A DNA stretch of 64,000 bases from Candidatus Omnitrophota bacterium (lineage in GTDB: Bacteria > Omnitrophota > Omnitrophia > Omnitrophales > Aquincolibacteriaceae): positions 262,003 through 326,002 of the forward strand of contig JAKLIQ010000002.1 of the NCBI GenBank assembly GCA_022709525.1, written 5' to 3'. This document shows, one piece after another, positions 1 to 9,700 of the stretch (position 1 is its first letter; every line of letters starts with the position of its first letter). A model generated the notes under the pieces. It had not been told where the DNA came from and ran no database searches. It saw only the letters and a list, made by a program, of their open reading frames with translations. The position numbers and the translations under genes were made by a program.

Positions 1-226
1 GCCGTCGCGGGGCATCCCGTGGGCCTCCAGACAGGCGAAGAGATGCCGCTCTTCCTTGGCGTGATGAAAACGGTCCGCAAACATCCGAAAGAATTCGATC
101 ATGTCGCGCGCCGCGCCACAATCGAGTTTTTTACTGCTTTCGTTCTGATCCGCCATCGTTTCCAGGGCGGAAAGCACCTGCTCGATGATCCGGTGTTCGT
201 TTTCCAGTATTTCCGTGGGTTTCATG
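1..226 (-). CDS. hemerythrin-like (HHE cation-binding) domain protein, 5' part only (runs off window start)
   Basis: Minus-strand frame opening with ATG at 226-224 translates to MKPTEILENEHRIIEQVLSALETMADQNESSKKLDCGAARDMIEFFRMFADRFHHAKEERHLFACLEAHGMPRDG. The H..E / HHAKEE..LF pattern is typical of hemerythrin-like domains. AAGGATGA lies upstream as an RBS. Not in the ORF track because there is no in-window stop. Confidence 0.4.
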
Positions 227-230
227 GAAT

Positions 231-1919
231 TCATCCTTTCGATTTTTTCTTTTTCCCGCCTAAAAGCCCGCTCGTTCTTTTCTTCGCGAGCTTGGGTTTG
301 TTCTTGATCGCGATCCTTAGTCTAGGGATTGCTTTTGCGGAAACGCTGACAGTATGAATGCCGGCCATGATCAATTTTCTCGCATAGACAGGATTTGAGG
401 CTAATTCGCCGCAGATCGAAAGCGGTTTATGATGCTTTTTAGCCGCAGATGCCACATGATGGATCAGCTGCCAGAAAACCTTCCGGTCTGGATGATGGTC
501 ATAAGCGACGAGTTCGTTATCGCGATCGACGGCAAAAAGATACTGGATCAGGTCATTTGTGCCGATGCTCCCGAAATCCGCCTCTTTAAGGATCTCGTCG
601 GCATCAAGACACGCTGAAGGAACCTCGAACATAAGACCGTGTTTGATCTCACCCTGCGGAACATCCGCGGTCACTTCCTCAAAATTTTTCTTTAATTTAC
701 GGAATTGCTCAAGATCGATCACCATGGGATACATCACATGAACACGGCCGTGTTTGGAGGCGCGGGCCAAAGCCCTGGCCTGATCCCTGAAGAGCTCGGG
801 ATGCCCCAAAAGAAACCGGCTCCCCCGAAAGCCCAACACAGGATTTTGTTCTTTGGGGGGTTTTAAAAAATCCGCGGTCTTATCGCCGCCGAGATCAAGC
901 ATTCTGAAATAAACCGGTTTATCTTTCATGGCTCTCAAAACTTCGAGATAAAGGGCGTATTGTTCTTTTTCTCGAAGGATCTCCCCGGCCGCAAAAAATT
1001 CAAATTCGGTCCGGTAAAGCCCGATCCCTTCCGCCTTATGGTCCACGGCCTCCTTGACCTTCTTGGCGAGACTTAAATTGGCAAGCACCTTCAGCCCGGC
1101 GATCGGGTCAACGGGGCGTGCCTCTTCAACGGCTTCTCGGCGGAGGTCGGGATATTGTTCCAACGTTTTTTTATTCGGCCAGATCACGACTTCCCCGGTA
1201 TCCCCATCCACAAGCACTTCGGTGCCGCAAAAGATCATGTCGTGGATCCCGGGAATACCGCTGACAGCGGGGATCTTGAGAGAGCGCGCCAGGATCGCGG
1301 CGTGAGAAGCGATACCGCCGCGGTCGGTCACAAACCCCCGGATGAATTCGGTATTAAGTTCCATGGTAAGACTCGGCGTCAGCTCTTCTGCGATCACAAT
1401 ACGGTTTTTCCCTTTCTGGCAGAACGAATCATTCTGGCATTGAAAAGAAGGGTTCAGATTGGCGAGCGCGTCGAGCATCCGGCGCTTCACTTCGCCGATA
1501 TCCGAAGAACGCTCTTTAAGGTAAGCGTTATCCAATTGAGACAGCTGCTCTTCAAAAAAATCGAGCGAACTGATCACGGCTTTTTCGGCGTTAAAATTCT
1601 TGCTGCGGATATGATCCGTGACCCTTTCGATCAAAGCCGGATCCTCCAGGATCATTCTCTGGGCCGAAAAGATCTCGGCCTCGGCTTTTCCGACCCGCTC
1701 TTCCACTTCTTTTGTAAGAAGCGCGAGTTTCTCCCGGACAAGGGCCAAGGCTTTCCTGAAACGGTCGCCTTCATTGCGCACTTCTTTATCCGTTACATTC
1801 CCGACCGGAATGCTCATATGGCGCCTTTCATTAAAAAGGCAAACGCGCGCCACCGCTACGCCGGGGCTGAGCGGTAGTCCCTTGAACGTTGTTTCAGCAG
1901 ACGCTTGAATGATGGACAT
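231..1919 (-). CDS. ptsI: phosphoenolpyruvate-protein phosphotransferase (PTS enzyme I)
   Basis: 562 aa with the PEP-utilizing enzyme signature GGIASHAAILARSLKIPAV. Also shows the PtsI N-terminal HPr-interaction and C-terminal PEP-binding regions (GTNDLIQY). Confidence 0.85.
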   Translation of the reverse strand: MSIIQASAETTFKGLPLSPGVAVARVCLFNERRHMSIPVGNVTDKEVRNEGDRFRKALALVREKLALLTKEVEERVGKAEAEIFSAQRMILEDPALIERVTDHIRSKNFNAEKAVISSLDFFEEQLSQLDNAYLKERSSDIGEVKRRMLDALANLNPSFQCQNDSFCQKGKNRIVIAEELTPSLTMELNTEFIRGFVTDRGGIASHAAILARSLKIPAVSGIPGIHDMIFCGTEVLVDGDTGEVVIWPNKKTLEQYPDLRREAVEEARPVDPIAGLKVLANLSLAKKVKEAVDHKAEGIGLYRTEFEFFAAGEILREKEQYALYLEVLRAMKDKPVYFRMLDLGGDKTADFLKPPKEQNPVLGFRGSRFLLGHPELFRDQARALARASKHGRVHVMYPMVIDLEQFRKLKKNFEEVTADVPQGEIKHGLMFEVPSACLDADEILKEADFGSIGTNDLIQYLFAVDRDNELVAYDHHPDRKVFWQLIHHVASAAKKHHKPLSICGELASNPVYARKLIMAGIHTVSVSAKAIPRLRIAIKNKPKLAKKRTSGLLGGKKKKSKG

Positions 1920-2352
1920 GGCATTTTCCTTGGTTTGACCGGGCCGGGTGATGACCGTTCCCTAAAGAAGCGATCGAGATCCCGCGGAGCCGCTTCAGGA
2001 CATCCTGCTCGATCGCGTCGATCTCTTTTTTTAACGCGCAATTGTTCCGATTAGGGCAAAGCTTTTTCTTAAAGACGCATTCATTGAGCTGGATCGTATT
2101 TTGAAAAATCCTGATCAGATCCGTCAGCAGGATCTTCTGCGGCGAACGCGACAAGGCAAATCCTCCGCCCTGCCCTTTGGTAGACCTGAGAAGGCCTTCG
2201 CTGCTTAAAGTCTGGAGGATCTTCCTTAAAAAAGGCCTCGGGATCTTAAGCGCCGCGACCATTTCGGCCGCCGAAACGGACTCCTTGCGTTGTTTGGCGA
2301 TATGACACAAGGCCCGCATCGCGTAGTCGGTGTTGCGCGTGATAAGTTTCAT
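1894..2352 (-). CDS. Rrf2-family transcriptional regulator (IscR/NsrR-like)
   Basis: N-terminal wHTH MKLITRNTDYAMRALCHIA and a 3-Cys cluster motif CVFKKKLCPNRNNCALK typical of Fe-S-binding Rrf2 regulators. The ORF tail overlaps the ptsI start by 26 nt. Confidence 0.8.
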   Translation of the reverse strand: MKLITRNTDYAMRALCHIAKQRKESVSAAEMVAALKIPRPFLRKILQTLSSEGLLRSTKGQGGGFALSRSPQKILLTDLIRIFQNTIQLNECVFKKKLCPNRNNCALKKEIDAIEQDVLKRLRGISIASLGNGHHPARSNQGKCHVHHSSVC

Positions 2353-2446
2353 GCGTTAATGATACCATTTGAGTATCATTTGTCAAATAAAAAAATAGGG
2401 CCGCTTCCCGAAAGAAACGGCCCTATCTTAAAGCAGACGCTCGGTC

Positions 2447-3859
2447 TTAGACCAAGCCTTGATCGATCATCGCGTCCGCGACCTTGACGAACCCCGCGAT
2501 ATTGGCGCCGTTGACGTAATTAATGTACTTCGCGTCTTCTTTGCCGTATTTCACGCAGTTCTCGTGGATCGAGATCATGATGTCGTGAAGCTTCTCATCG
2601 ACTTCTTTGCGGGACCAGCGCAGCCGCATGCTGTTCTGGCTCATTTCAAGGCCCGAAGTCGCCACACCGCCGGCATTCGCCGCCTTGCCGGGAGCGTAGA
2701 GGATCTTCGCTTTTTGGAATACCGCGATGCCTTCCGGCGTGGTCGGCATGTTGGCGCCTTCCCCGATCGCGATACAGCCGTTTTTCACAAGGGCCTTCGC
2801 GTCCGCTTCATTGATCTCATTCTGCGTGGCGCTCGGGAAAGCTGCGTCGCACTCGACTTTCCACGGCCTCTGGCCGGCCACATATTCACAGCCGAATTCG
2901 TCGGCGTATTCTTTGATACGGCCGCGACGCACGTTTTTCAGCTCCATGACAAATTCCAGCTTCTTGGCGTCGATGCCTTTTTTGTCGTAGATGTAACCAT
3001 CCGAATCCGACAAGGTCACGACTTTCGCGCCGAGTTGGTTGAGCTTCTCGACAGTGTACTGCGCGACATTCCCGGAACCGGAAACCGCACAGGTCTTCCC
3101 GGCCAAGGACATCTTCCGGGTCTTCATCATTTCCTCGACAAAATAAACGCAGCCGTAACCGGTCGCCTCGGGACGGATCAAACTGCCGCCCCAATTCAGG
3201 GCCTTGCCGGTCAGCACGCCGGTAAACTCATTGCGGAGCCTCTTGTACTGGCCGAACATAAAACCGATCTCGCGGCCACCCACGCCGATATCGCCGGCCG
3301 GCACGTCCGTATCCGGTCCGATATGCCGGGAAAGCTCCGTCATGAAGCTCTGGCAGAATTTCATGACTTCATTGTCGGATTTCCCTTTAGGATCGAAATC
3401 GGAACCGCCTTTGCCGCCGCCCATCGCGAGCGTGGTCAAGCTGTTCTTGAACACTTGTTCGAACGCAAGGAACTTCAGAATGCCGAGGTTGACGCTCGGG
3501 TGAAAGCGAAGGCCGCCTTTGTAGGGGCCGATCGCGCTGTTCATTTCGATGCGGAACCCGCGATTGACCTGGATCTCGCCTTTATCGTCAAGCCAGGGAA
3601 CGCGGAACATAAGAACGCGCTCCGGTTCGACAAGTCTCTCGAGGATCTTTGCATTCTTATATTTATGATGTTTTTCGATGAACGGCGTAACGGATTCCAC
3701 CACTTCGCGGACGGCCTGATGGAATTCCTTTTCACCGGGGTTTCTTGCGATCACCTTCTTCATGAAGGCATCGATCTCTTTTTCTAGAGAAACTCCCCCC
3801 GTTTTGGTGGTCGTCTTTGCGGTGGTCCTTGTGGCGGTTCTTTCCATGGTCATTGTCAT
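2447..3859 (-). CDS. gdhA: NADP-specific glutamate dehydrogenase
   Basis: GdhA-wide similarity, including the Glu/Leu/Phe/Val dehydrogenase motif GGGKGGSDFDPKGKS and an NAD(P) Rossmann fold GSGNVAQY. Start set at the internal ATG 3859 (MTMTMERT...) which has AAGGA 8 nt upstream. The ORF-track start 3910 would lie inside the leader U-tract. Confidence 0.9.
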   Translation of the reverse strand: MTMTMERTATRTTAKTTTKTGGVSLEKEIDAFMKKVIARNPGEKEFHQAVREVVESVTPFIEKHHKYKNAKILERLVEPERVLMFRVPWLDDKGEIQVNRGFRIEMNSAIGPYKGGLRFHPSVNLGILKFLAFEQVFKNSLTTLAMGGGKGGSDFDPKGKSDNEVMKFCQSFMTELSRHIGPDTDVPAGDIGVGGREIGFMFGQYKRLRNEFTGVLTGKALNWGGSLIRPEATGYGCVYFVEEMMKTRKMSLAGKTCAVSGSGNVAQYTVEKLNQLGAKVVTLSDSDGYIYDKKGIDAKKLEFVMELKNVRRGRIKEYADEFGCEYVAGQRPWKVECDAAFPSATQNEINEADAKALVKNGCIAIGEGANMPTTPEGIAVFQKAKILYAPGKAANAGGVATSGLEMSQNSMRLRWSRKEVDEKLHDIMISIHENCVKYGKEDAKYINYVNGANIAGFVKVADAMIDQGLV

Positions 3860-3920
3860 GTTTTTATCCTTTTTCTGATCTTTCAATTGACCGGTTGAAT
3901 CACAATTCAAAGGTTCTTGG

Positions 3921-3962
3921 CAAAAAAAAATCCTTTCCGGCAGATCTTCCTGCCAAAAAGGA
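3921..3962 (-). terminator. intrinsic terminator/attenuator in the gdhA 5' leader
   Basis: Minus-strand RNA UCCUUUUUGGCAG-GAAGAU-CUGCCGGAAAGGA forms a 13-bp stem (including two G.U pairs) with a 6-nt loop, followed by U9. It sits between a predicted promoter and the gdhA SD/ATG. Confidence 0.55.
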
Positions 3963-4024
3963 CGTCATTATCCTGCGCTGCAACGTTGAACCCGCCCGGC
4001 ACTTCCTTTGTACCAGACAGCAGA

Positions 4025-4052
4025 ATTATAGCACGGACACCTTGATTTTCAA
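4025..4052 (-). promoter_or_regulatory. putative sigma70-type promoter for gdhA (-35 TTGAAA, 16-nt spacer, -10 TATAAT)
   Basis: Read on the minus strand. TTGAAA is at 4052-4047 and TATAAT at 4030-4025. It begins 9 nt after the stop of the upstream GAF-ANTAR gene. Confidence 0.3.
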
Positions 4053-4060
4053 TCCTGATT

Positions 4061-4837
4061 TTATTCCCGGCCGGACGAGAATTTCCGCATTTCTTCGCTC
4101 AAAAGGATCGCCTCCGAGACTTCTTTCATGCTCTTGCGGCGGTCCATGCTGTATTTTTGGATAAGCTTATAGGCCTCCTGTTCGTTCAGGTTCTCTCTTT
4201 TCATGAGAAGGCCCTTGGCGCGTTCGATCGCTTTTCTTGATTCCAGCTCTTCCTGGATCACCTGCGATTCGGCGACGAGCCGGAAGTTCTCAATAACGAT
4301 CGCCGCCTGGCTCGCGATCGAACGGATGACCCGGATCTCGTTCTGGGTAAAACGGCGGGGCTTCACGGTATAGCAATTCAGCACGCCGATCACCGTACCC
4401 TTAAAAACAAGCGGCACGCTTAAAAGCGAGCAAAGATTCTCTTTTTTGGCGATGGCTTGGTTCAGGTACCGCGCGTCCTTCCGGACATCAAGGACTGTGA
4501 TCGGTTTTCCCTGCTGGGCCACCCTTCCCGCAATGCCTTCCCCGAGTTTCGCGTTCGGTTTTTTGTTATAGAATTCGCTTATGGATTGCGTCGCTTTGAC
4601 GACAAGTTCGTTCGTGTCTTTATCCAGGAGCATCAGCGAGCATATTTTGGAATGCATGGTCTCGGCCGTGACGGTCACGATCAGCTTGAGGATCTCCTCA
4701 AGATAAAGGTTTGAAATGACGGCATCGCTGATCTTGGCTAACGCGTCGATGACCTGTCTGTTATTAATGGGTTTCATAGATTGAAAGCCTTTCTCCCGCC
4801 CCCGGATTTTCCATATTTTACACGATTCGTGGATCAA
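4061..4837 (-). CDS. GAF domain + ANTAR (RNA-binding antiterminator) regulator
   Basis: Central GAF-like region and a C-terminal ANTAR signature AIERAKGLLMKRENLNEQEAYKLIQKYSMDRRKSMKEVSEAIL. The real start is possibly the internal ATG at 4777 (MKPINN...). Confidence 0.75.
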   Translation of the reverse strand: MIHESCKIWKIRGREKGFQSMKPINNRQVIDALAKISDAVISNLYLEEILKLIVTVTAETMHSKICSLMLLDKDTNELVVKATQSISEFYNKKPNAKLGEGIAGRVAQQGKPITVLDVRKDARYLNQAIAKKENLCSLLSVPLVFKGTVIGVLNCYTVKPRRFTQNEIRVIRSIASQAAIVIENFRLVAESQVIQEELESRKAIERAKGLLMKRENLNEQEAYKLIQKYSMDRRKSMKEVSEAILLSEEMRKFSSGRE

Positions 4838-4851
4838 TGCGGAATAGGATT

Positions 4852-6288
4852 CTATGCCTTCCCCGTTCGATCGTAGGCGAAAAGAGCCCGTTTGCGGGCC
4901 GCATCGTGATCGATGATGGGACGAGGATAGTTTTGACCGAGCTTCACGCCCGCTTTGGTAAGAACCTCCAGCGGCGCCTGCCAGGGCTTATGAATAAATC
5001 TCGAGGGCATCCCGGAAAGCTCCGGGACCCAGCGACGGACGTAGGATCCTTCGGGATCGAATTTCTCGCCTTGCAATACAGGATTGAAGATCCGGAAATA
5101 AGGCGCGGCGTCCGCGCCGCATCCGGCGGTCCATTGCCACCCGAACGTATTATTCGCAAGATCCGCGTCCGCAAGCGTATCCATGAACCAGGCGGCTCCC
5201 GTTTGCCACGGCTGGAGCAGGTCTTTCACCAGAAACGAAGCGACGATCATCCTCACGCGGTTATGCATCCACCCGCTTCCCCACAATTGGCGCATCCCGG
5301 CATCCACGATCGGGTATCCTGTTCCGCCTTTCTGCCACGCGCGCAATACCCGGCGGTTGGTTTTCCACGGGAATTTGGAGAATTCTTTCCGGAGCGGCCT
5401 GGAAACGGTTCCGGGAAAATGATAAAGGAGATAGTAAGAAAATTCCCGCCAAACAAGCTGCCGCAAAAATGCCTCCGAGGATCTTGCCGAGCCGGGCCGG
5501 CGGTCCGAAGCGGCGTGTTTGCGCGTTGCATGCCAGACCTCGCGGATGCTGATCTCGCCGAAATGAAGGTGCGGGGAAAGCCCGGAAGTTCCCTTTACGG
5601 CGGGATTATTATGCTGGATGGGATAATCCTTGATCTTCTTCTTCAGGAATACCCGCAAAGCCGCTAAAGCCCCCTCGCTGCCCGGATCCCAAAACATGGC
5701 GAGTTTGCGGGGCCATTTCCCTTTCGGCCCTAATTTCAGGTCCTTGATCTTTTCAGAACGCGGCCAAACGGAGGGCGAAATCAACCGGCCGTAAGATTGA
5801 AACGGAGCGGAAGGTTCGGTCAAAGACAAGCAGTGATTCCAAAATGGCGTAAAAACCTTGAAGGGTTTGCCTTGCCGGTTGAAGATCCTCGCAGGGTTAA
5901 AAAGAAGGCTGTCATTGATAGAATCGCAAAAGGTCCCTTTCCGGAGAAGCGCGGCACGGATCTTTGCGTCTTCCTTCCGCTGCTCCGGTTCAAAGCTTTC
6001 GTCCCAAAGGACGGCACCAGCTTTTGATTCTTTGATAAGCGCTTGAAGGGCCTTGAGGGCATTTCCTTTACGGAGAATGAGCCGGGAATCCAATGCACGG
6101 AGATCGCGGTCGAGACTTTGAAGCGAACGCTCAAGCCACCATCGGCTTACGCTGCCAACAGCGGGATCATTGCCCCATATATAAACAAGGATCACGGGAC
6201 CGCCGCGACCTGAAGCGGCCTTCAGGATAAGGTTGTCCTTCGCTCTGAGATTCCGGCGAAGCCAAACAAGCGTGGGCGGACGAAGCAT
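4852..6288 (-). CDS. phr: deoxyribodipyrimidine photolyase / cryptochrome-family flavoprotein
   Basis: Photolyase N-terminus LVWLRRNLRAKDN and the FAD-binding C-terminal motifs TGYPIVDAGMRQL and WMHNRVRMIVASFL. Start placed at internal ATG 6288 (MLRPPTLVWLRR...). The ORF-track N-extension overlaps the receiver gene. Confidence 0.85.
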   Translation of the reverse strand: MLRPPTLVWLRRNLRAKDNLILKAASGRGGPVILVYIWGNDPAVGSVSRWWLERSLQSLDRDLRALDSRLILRKGNALKALQALIKESKAGAVLWDESFEPEQRKEDAKIRAALLRKGTFCDSINDSLLFNPARIFNRQGKPFKVFTPFWNHCLSLTEPSAPFQSYGRLISPSVWPRSEKIKDLKLGPKGKWPRKLAMFWDPGSEGALAALRVFLKKKIKDYPIQHNNPAVKGTSGLSPHLHFGEISIREVWHATRKHAASDRRPGSARSSEAFLRQLVWREFSYYLLYHFPGTVSRPLRKEFSKFPWKTNRRVLRAWQKGGTGYPIVDAGMRQLWGSGWMHNRVRMIVASFLVKDLLQPWQTGAAWFMDTLADADLANNTFGWQWTAGCGADAAPYFRIFNPVLQGEKFDPEGSYVRRWVPELSGMPSRFIHKPWQAPLEVLTKAGVKLGQNYPRPIIDHDAARKRALFAYDRTGKA

Positions 6289-6304
6289 TCTGCGGGCTTT
6301 GAAA

Positions 6305-6706
6305 TTATTTTCCGATAAGCCGTCTGATCTTAGCGAGAAGGTCGGCGGAATCGTAGGGTTTGCGGACGCATGCATTCGCGCCGGCGGCAAGGCACGATTT
6401 TTCAACATCATCCGCTCCGGCGGCGGTCGTGGAGACTATCGGTATGGTTTTGGTAACGGGGTTCGCACGAAGCAGGCGGCAGATCTCAAGGCCGTCCATG
6501 CCCGGCAAGATCACATCCAGCAGAATAAGGTCTGGTTTTTCTTCGGCGGCTTTCTTAAGCCCCGTTTCACCGTCCGAGCAGGATATCACTTCGTAACCGT
6601 TCTTTTCGAGGCGAAGCGTGATCATGGTGATCTGATCCGGCTCATCTTCCACAAAAAGGATCTTTTTTTTCCGATCGACCGTTTTTTCAGGCTTCTTTGA
6701 CTGCAT
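6305..6706 (-). CDS. stand-alone response-regulator receiver domain protein (CheY-like)
   Basis: KKILFVEDEPD...LILLDVILPGMDG...K receiver signature with no output domain. The start overlaps the kinase stop by 20 nt. Confidence 0.8.
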   Translation of the reverse strand: MQSKKPEKTVDRKKKILFVEDEPDQITMITLRLEKNGYEVISCSDGETGLKKAAEEKPDLILLDVILPGMDGLEICRLLRANPVTKTIPIVSTTAAGADDVEKSCLAAGANACVRKPYDSADLLAKIRRLIGK

Positions 6707-9700
6707 AAGCGGCTCCGTTCTTTACTTTCGAAATGTCCTTTTTAAAAAGCGGAAGGGTGAACGTGAACTTGGTTCCCTTGCCCCATTCGCTTTGGACCCA
6801 AATACGGCCCCCGTGCATCTCCACGATCCCTTTCGTGATCGGAAGGCCCAACCCGAGCCCTTTCTCGCCTCCGCCCGCAGTCCGGGCGAACTGCTGGAAT
6901 TTTTCGAACATTTTTGACAGATGCTCCTTTGAGATCCCGATCCCCGTATCGCGCACTGCGCATTCGGCTCTCCCCTTCGAGATCTTCGCCGAGATCTCCA
7001 CGGTGCCGTGCTCGGTGAATTTCAATGCGTTGTCTACAAGATTCATGATGACCTGAGTGATCCTGTCCGCATCCGCGAGGACCATGATATTTTCTTCGGG
7101 CAGTTCCAATCGAAGCTCGATTCCCCTCTCCTCAGCTTTTTTCTTGAATTCAAAAACCACATCCCGCGCCAAAACCCCGAGGTCCACCGGACCCTTACGG
7201 AGTTCGATCTTTCCGGTTTCGATCCGCGAAATATCCAGAAGGCTCGAGATCATGCGCGAAAGACGGTTGACGCTTCTCATTACCGTTTCGAGGATCATCT
7301 TCTGCTTTGGCGCGATGGGGCCCAAGGAACCATCCAAAACGAGATTGATGCCTTCCTTTTGGATCGAAAGCGGCGTGCGCAGCTCATGCGAGACGGTCCG
7401 AACAATATCGTTGCGAAATTCTTCCACCTTTTTCTGTTCCGTGACATCCACCGAAACACCCAGAATGCACGGATCTTTCACGCCCGCCAAGTGGAACGGG
7501 ATCTTGATCGTTTGGAGAACATGTTTTTTGCCGTAAGCGTCCGTAAAGCTCTCGGCGGAGATCACCCGGGGCTTACCGTCTTTTAAGATCTCCCGATCAA
7601 TTTGAAGATACTGTTCCAGTTCGGCCGGTACCGTATGGATGTCCGCGCGGCGGATCCCGATAAGCTCCTTCGGCGATTTATTGTAGGCGCGCGCCACTGC
7701 TTGATTGACCAGCAGGAACCGGCTATCCTTATCTTTGGCAAAGATCATGTGGGGCACCGTATCGATGATCTGTAAAAGCTGGTGCCGGTTTTCTCTTAAA
7801 GATTCTTCCATTTTTTTGCGCTGCGTGATATCAAAATTGAATTCAGCGACCATCCATTTTCCGCCGGGGTCACGGAATGGGATCGAATGGACCTCAATGA
7901 TACGGCCTTCCTGAGGAAGGACTTCTTCGGTAATATTGATCTTTTTTGTTCTTAAAGCCCGGGGAATGCCGCAGCCCGGGCATGGCTTTCTCCGGCGCAT
8001 AAAATACCGGTAACACTTTTTGCCAGCCGGATCGCCGTAAACCTTCTGCCATGCGGGATCCACATAATGGAGATTGAAATCGGCATCGATCACGTCGACC
8101 CCGGTCTTGGTGACGCCAAGCAGGTATTCGAGTCTTTCTTTTGTTTCTTTCAGCTGGAGTTCCATGGCCCGGCGCTCGGTAATATCACGGCCAAACCCCG
8201 ACGTCCCGATGATCCTCCGTCGGGCATCATAAACAGGAGTTTTAAAAGTCTCATGCCACTTTAAAGCCTCTCGAGTCTTGACCAGTTCCTCTGTGACAAG
8301 AGATTTTCTTGATCTCATGACTTTTTGATCGTCCGCCCGGTATTTTCTAGCAAGTTTTTCGGGCCAGATATCAAGATCTTTTTTTCCTATGAGCTTCTTT
8401 GGATCCTTATAGCCGCTAGCGTTCGCAAATTTCTCGTTCACGGCGAGGAGCCGACTCGCCCGGTCCTTGAGCCACACCAGGCCAGGCTGGTTCTCAAGAA
8501 TCGCCGACAAGTATGATTCGCGTTGGCTCAAGAGTTCAGTGGCTTTTTTCTGCTCCGTGACATCCCGGAAAATACCCATCATGGCCAACCGGCCGTTATA
8601 GATCAAGGACTGTCCGGTAATATCCGCGTAAAAGATCTTTCCTTTCTTGCAACAGCATGGAACGTTCGTGCTGACTTTTATTTTTTTCTGGAGAAGGCCC
8701 CGGAACTGCCTGAGAATGTGGGTAAGTTCTCTGGAGGGATGAATATCCATAATGGTCTTGCGAAGAATGTCTTTTTGGGAATAGCCGAACATCCGAGCAA
8801 ATTTTTTATTTACATAAAGGAATTTTTTTGTTTTGACGTCCGCGATCGCTAATCCGTCGCTCATCCTATCGGCGATGAGCTCGAGTTGTTCTTTGGATCC
8901 TTTTAAAGCATCCTCTGCCTTTTTGCGCTCCGTAATGTCAAGTTCGATCCCATCCCAATAAACACGCTTGCCGTCTAAGGACAATCTTGGGGCTGAAGCA
9001 AAGCGGCGCCACCTTAAGTCGCCATTGGGAAGTTGAATTCTCGTTTCAACTTCCAGGATCTTCAAAGATCTCGCCGCGCGAGCTTCCGCCCTGGCCACGA
9101 TGGACCGGTCTTTTGAAAATACCTGTCGATAAATTACCCCGGGATCCTCAAGAACCTTTTCCGGAGTTACTCCATGCATCCGCCTAACGGCCGGACTGAT
9201 ATAGGTAAAACGCTTTTTTCTTCCCGCGCGGTCGCTTTCGATCTGATAAACCATCCCGTTGGCTAGATTCTCGCTTAAGGCGCGCAATTGTTCTTTGCTC
9301 TCCCGTAATTGCTTCTCCGATCGCTCCTGCTCCGCGATGTCCTCTCCTGAGCTAAGAATTTCGACGATCTTGCCTTCTTCATTCCTTAAAAAAGTATTGT
9401 GCCAACGGATGAGTCTTTCTTCTTTCTTCCGGGTCAAAACAGGGTTTTCAAAATATTCGCCACCCTTCAGTTGGCCATGCATCAGCTTTCGGAAAATTCT
9501 TCCCGTTTGGAGGCGAATGCTTGGTGGAAGAAACGTTTTAAACCAGGACTTCCCGACGATAGCGCTCCGGGGCCACCCGAGGACTTTGCATCCTTTGCGG
9601 TTGATGAATTTGACATGGCCGCGTCGATCCAGGATCACTATGATGGTATCAACGATCTGGAGGTATTGGCAGGGCTCCAGATGATCTTGGTGGCTATGGT

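Noticed and set aside
19-357. 112-aa plus-strand ORF at the window start
   Set aside because: It overlaps both the ptsI C-terminus and the minus-strand hemerythrin-like ORF. The product has a poly-Phe/Pro low-complexity stretch.
1155-1877. 240-aa plus-strand ORF inside ptsI, and the same phenomenon at 2459..3787, 4837..5667, 11526..12506, 12534..13313, 16227..17411, 20752..22704, 23458..24618, 36157..37155, 55392..56336 and 58080..58904
   Set aside because: These are antisense shadows of strongly supported genes on the opposite strand. Their translations are Arg/Gly/Pro-rich low-complexity with no domain signatures. High-GC mirror frames routinely stay open.
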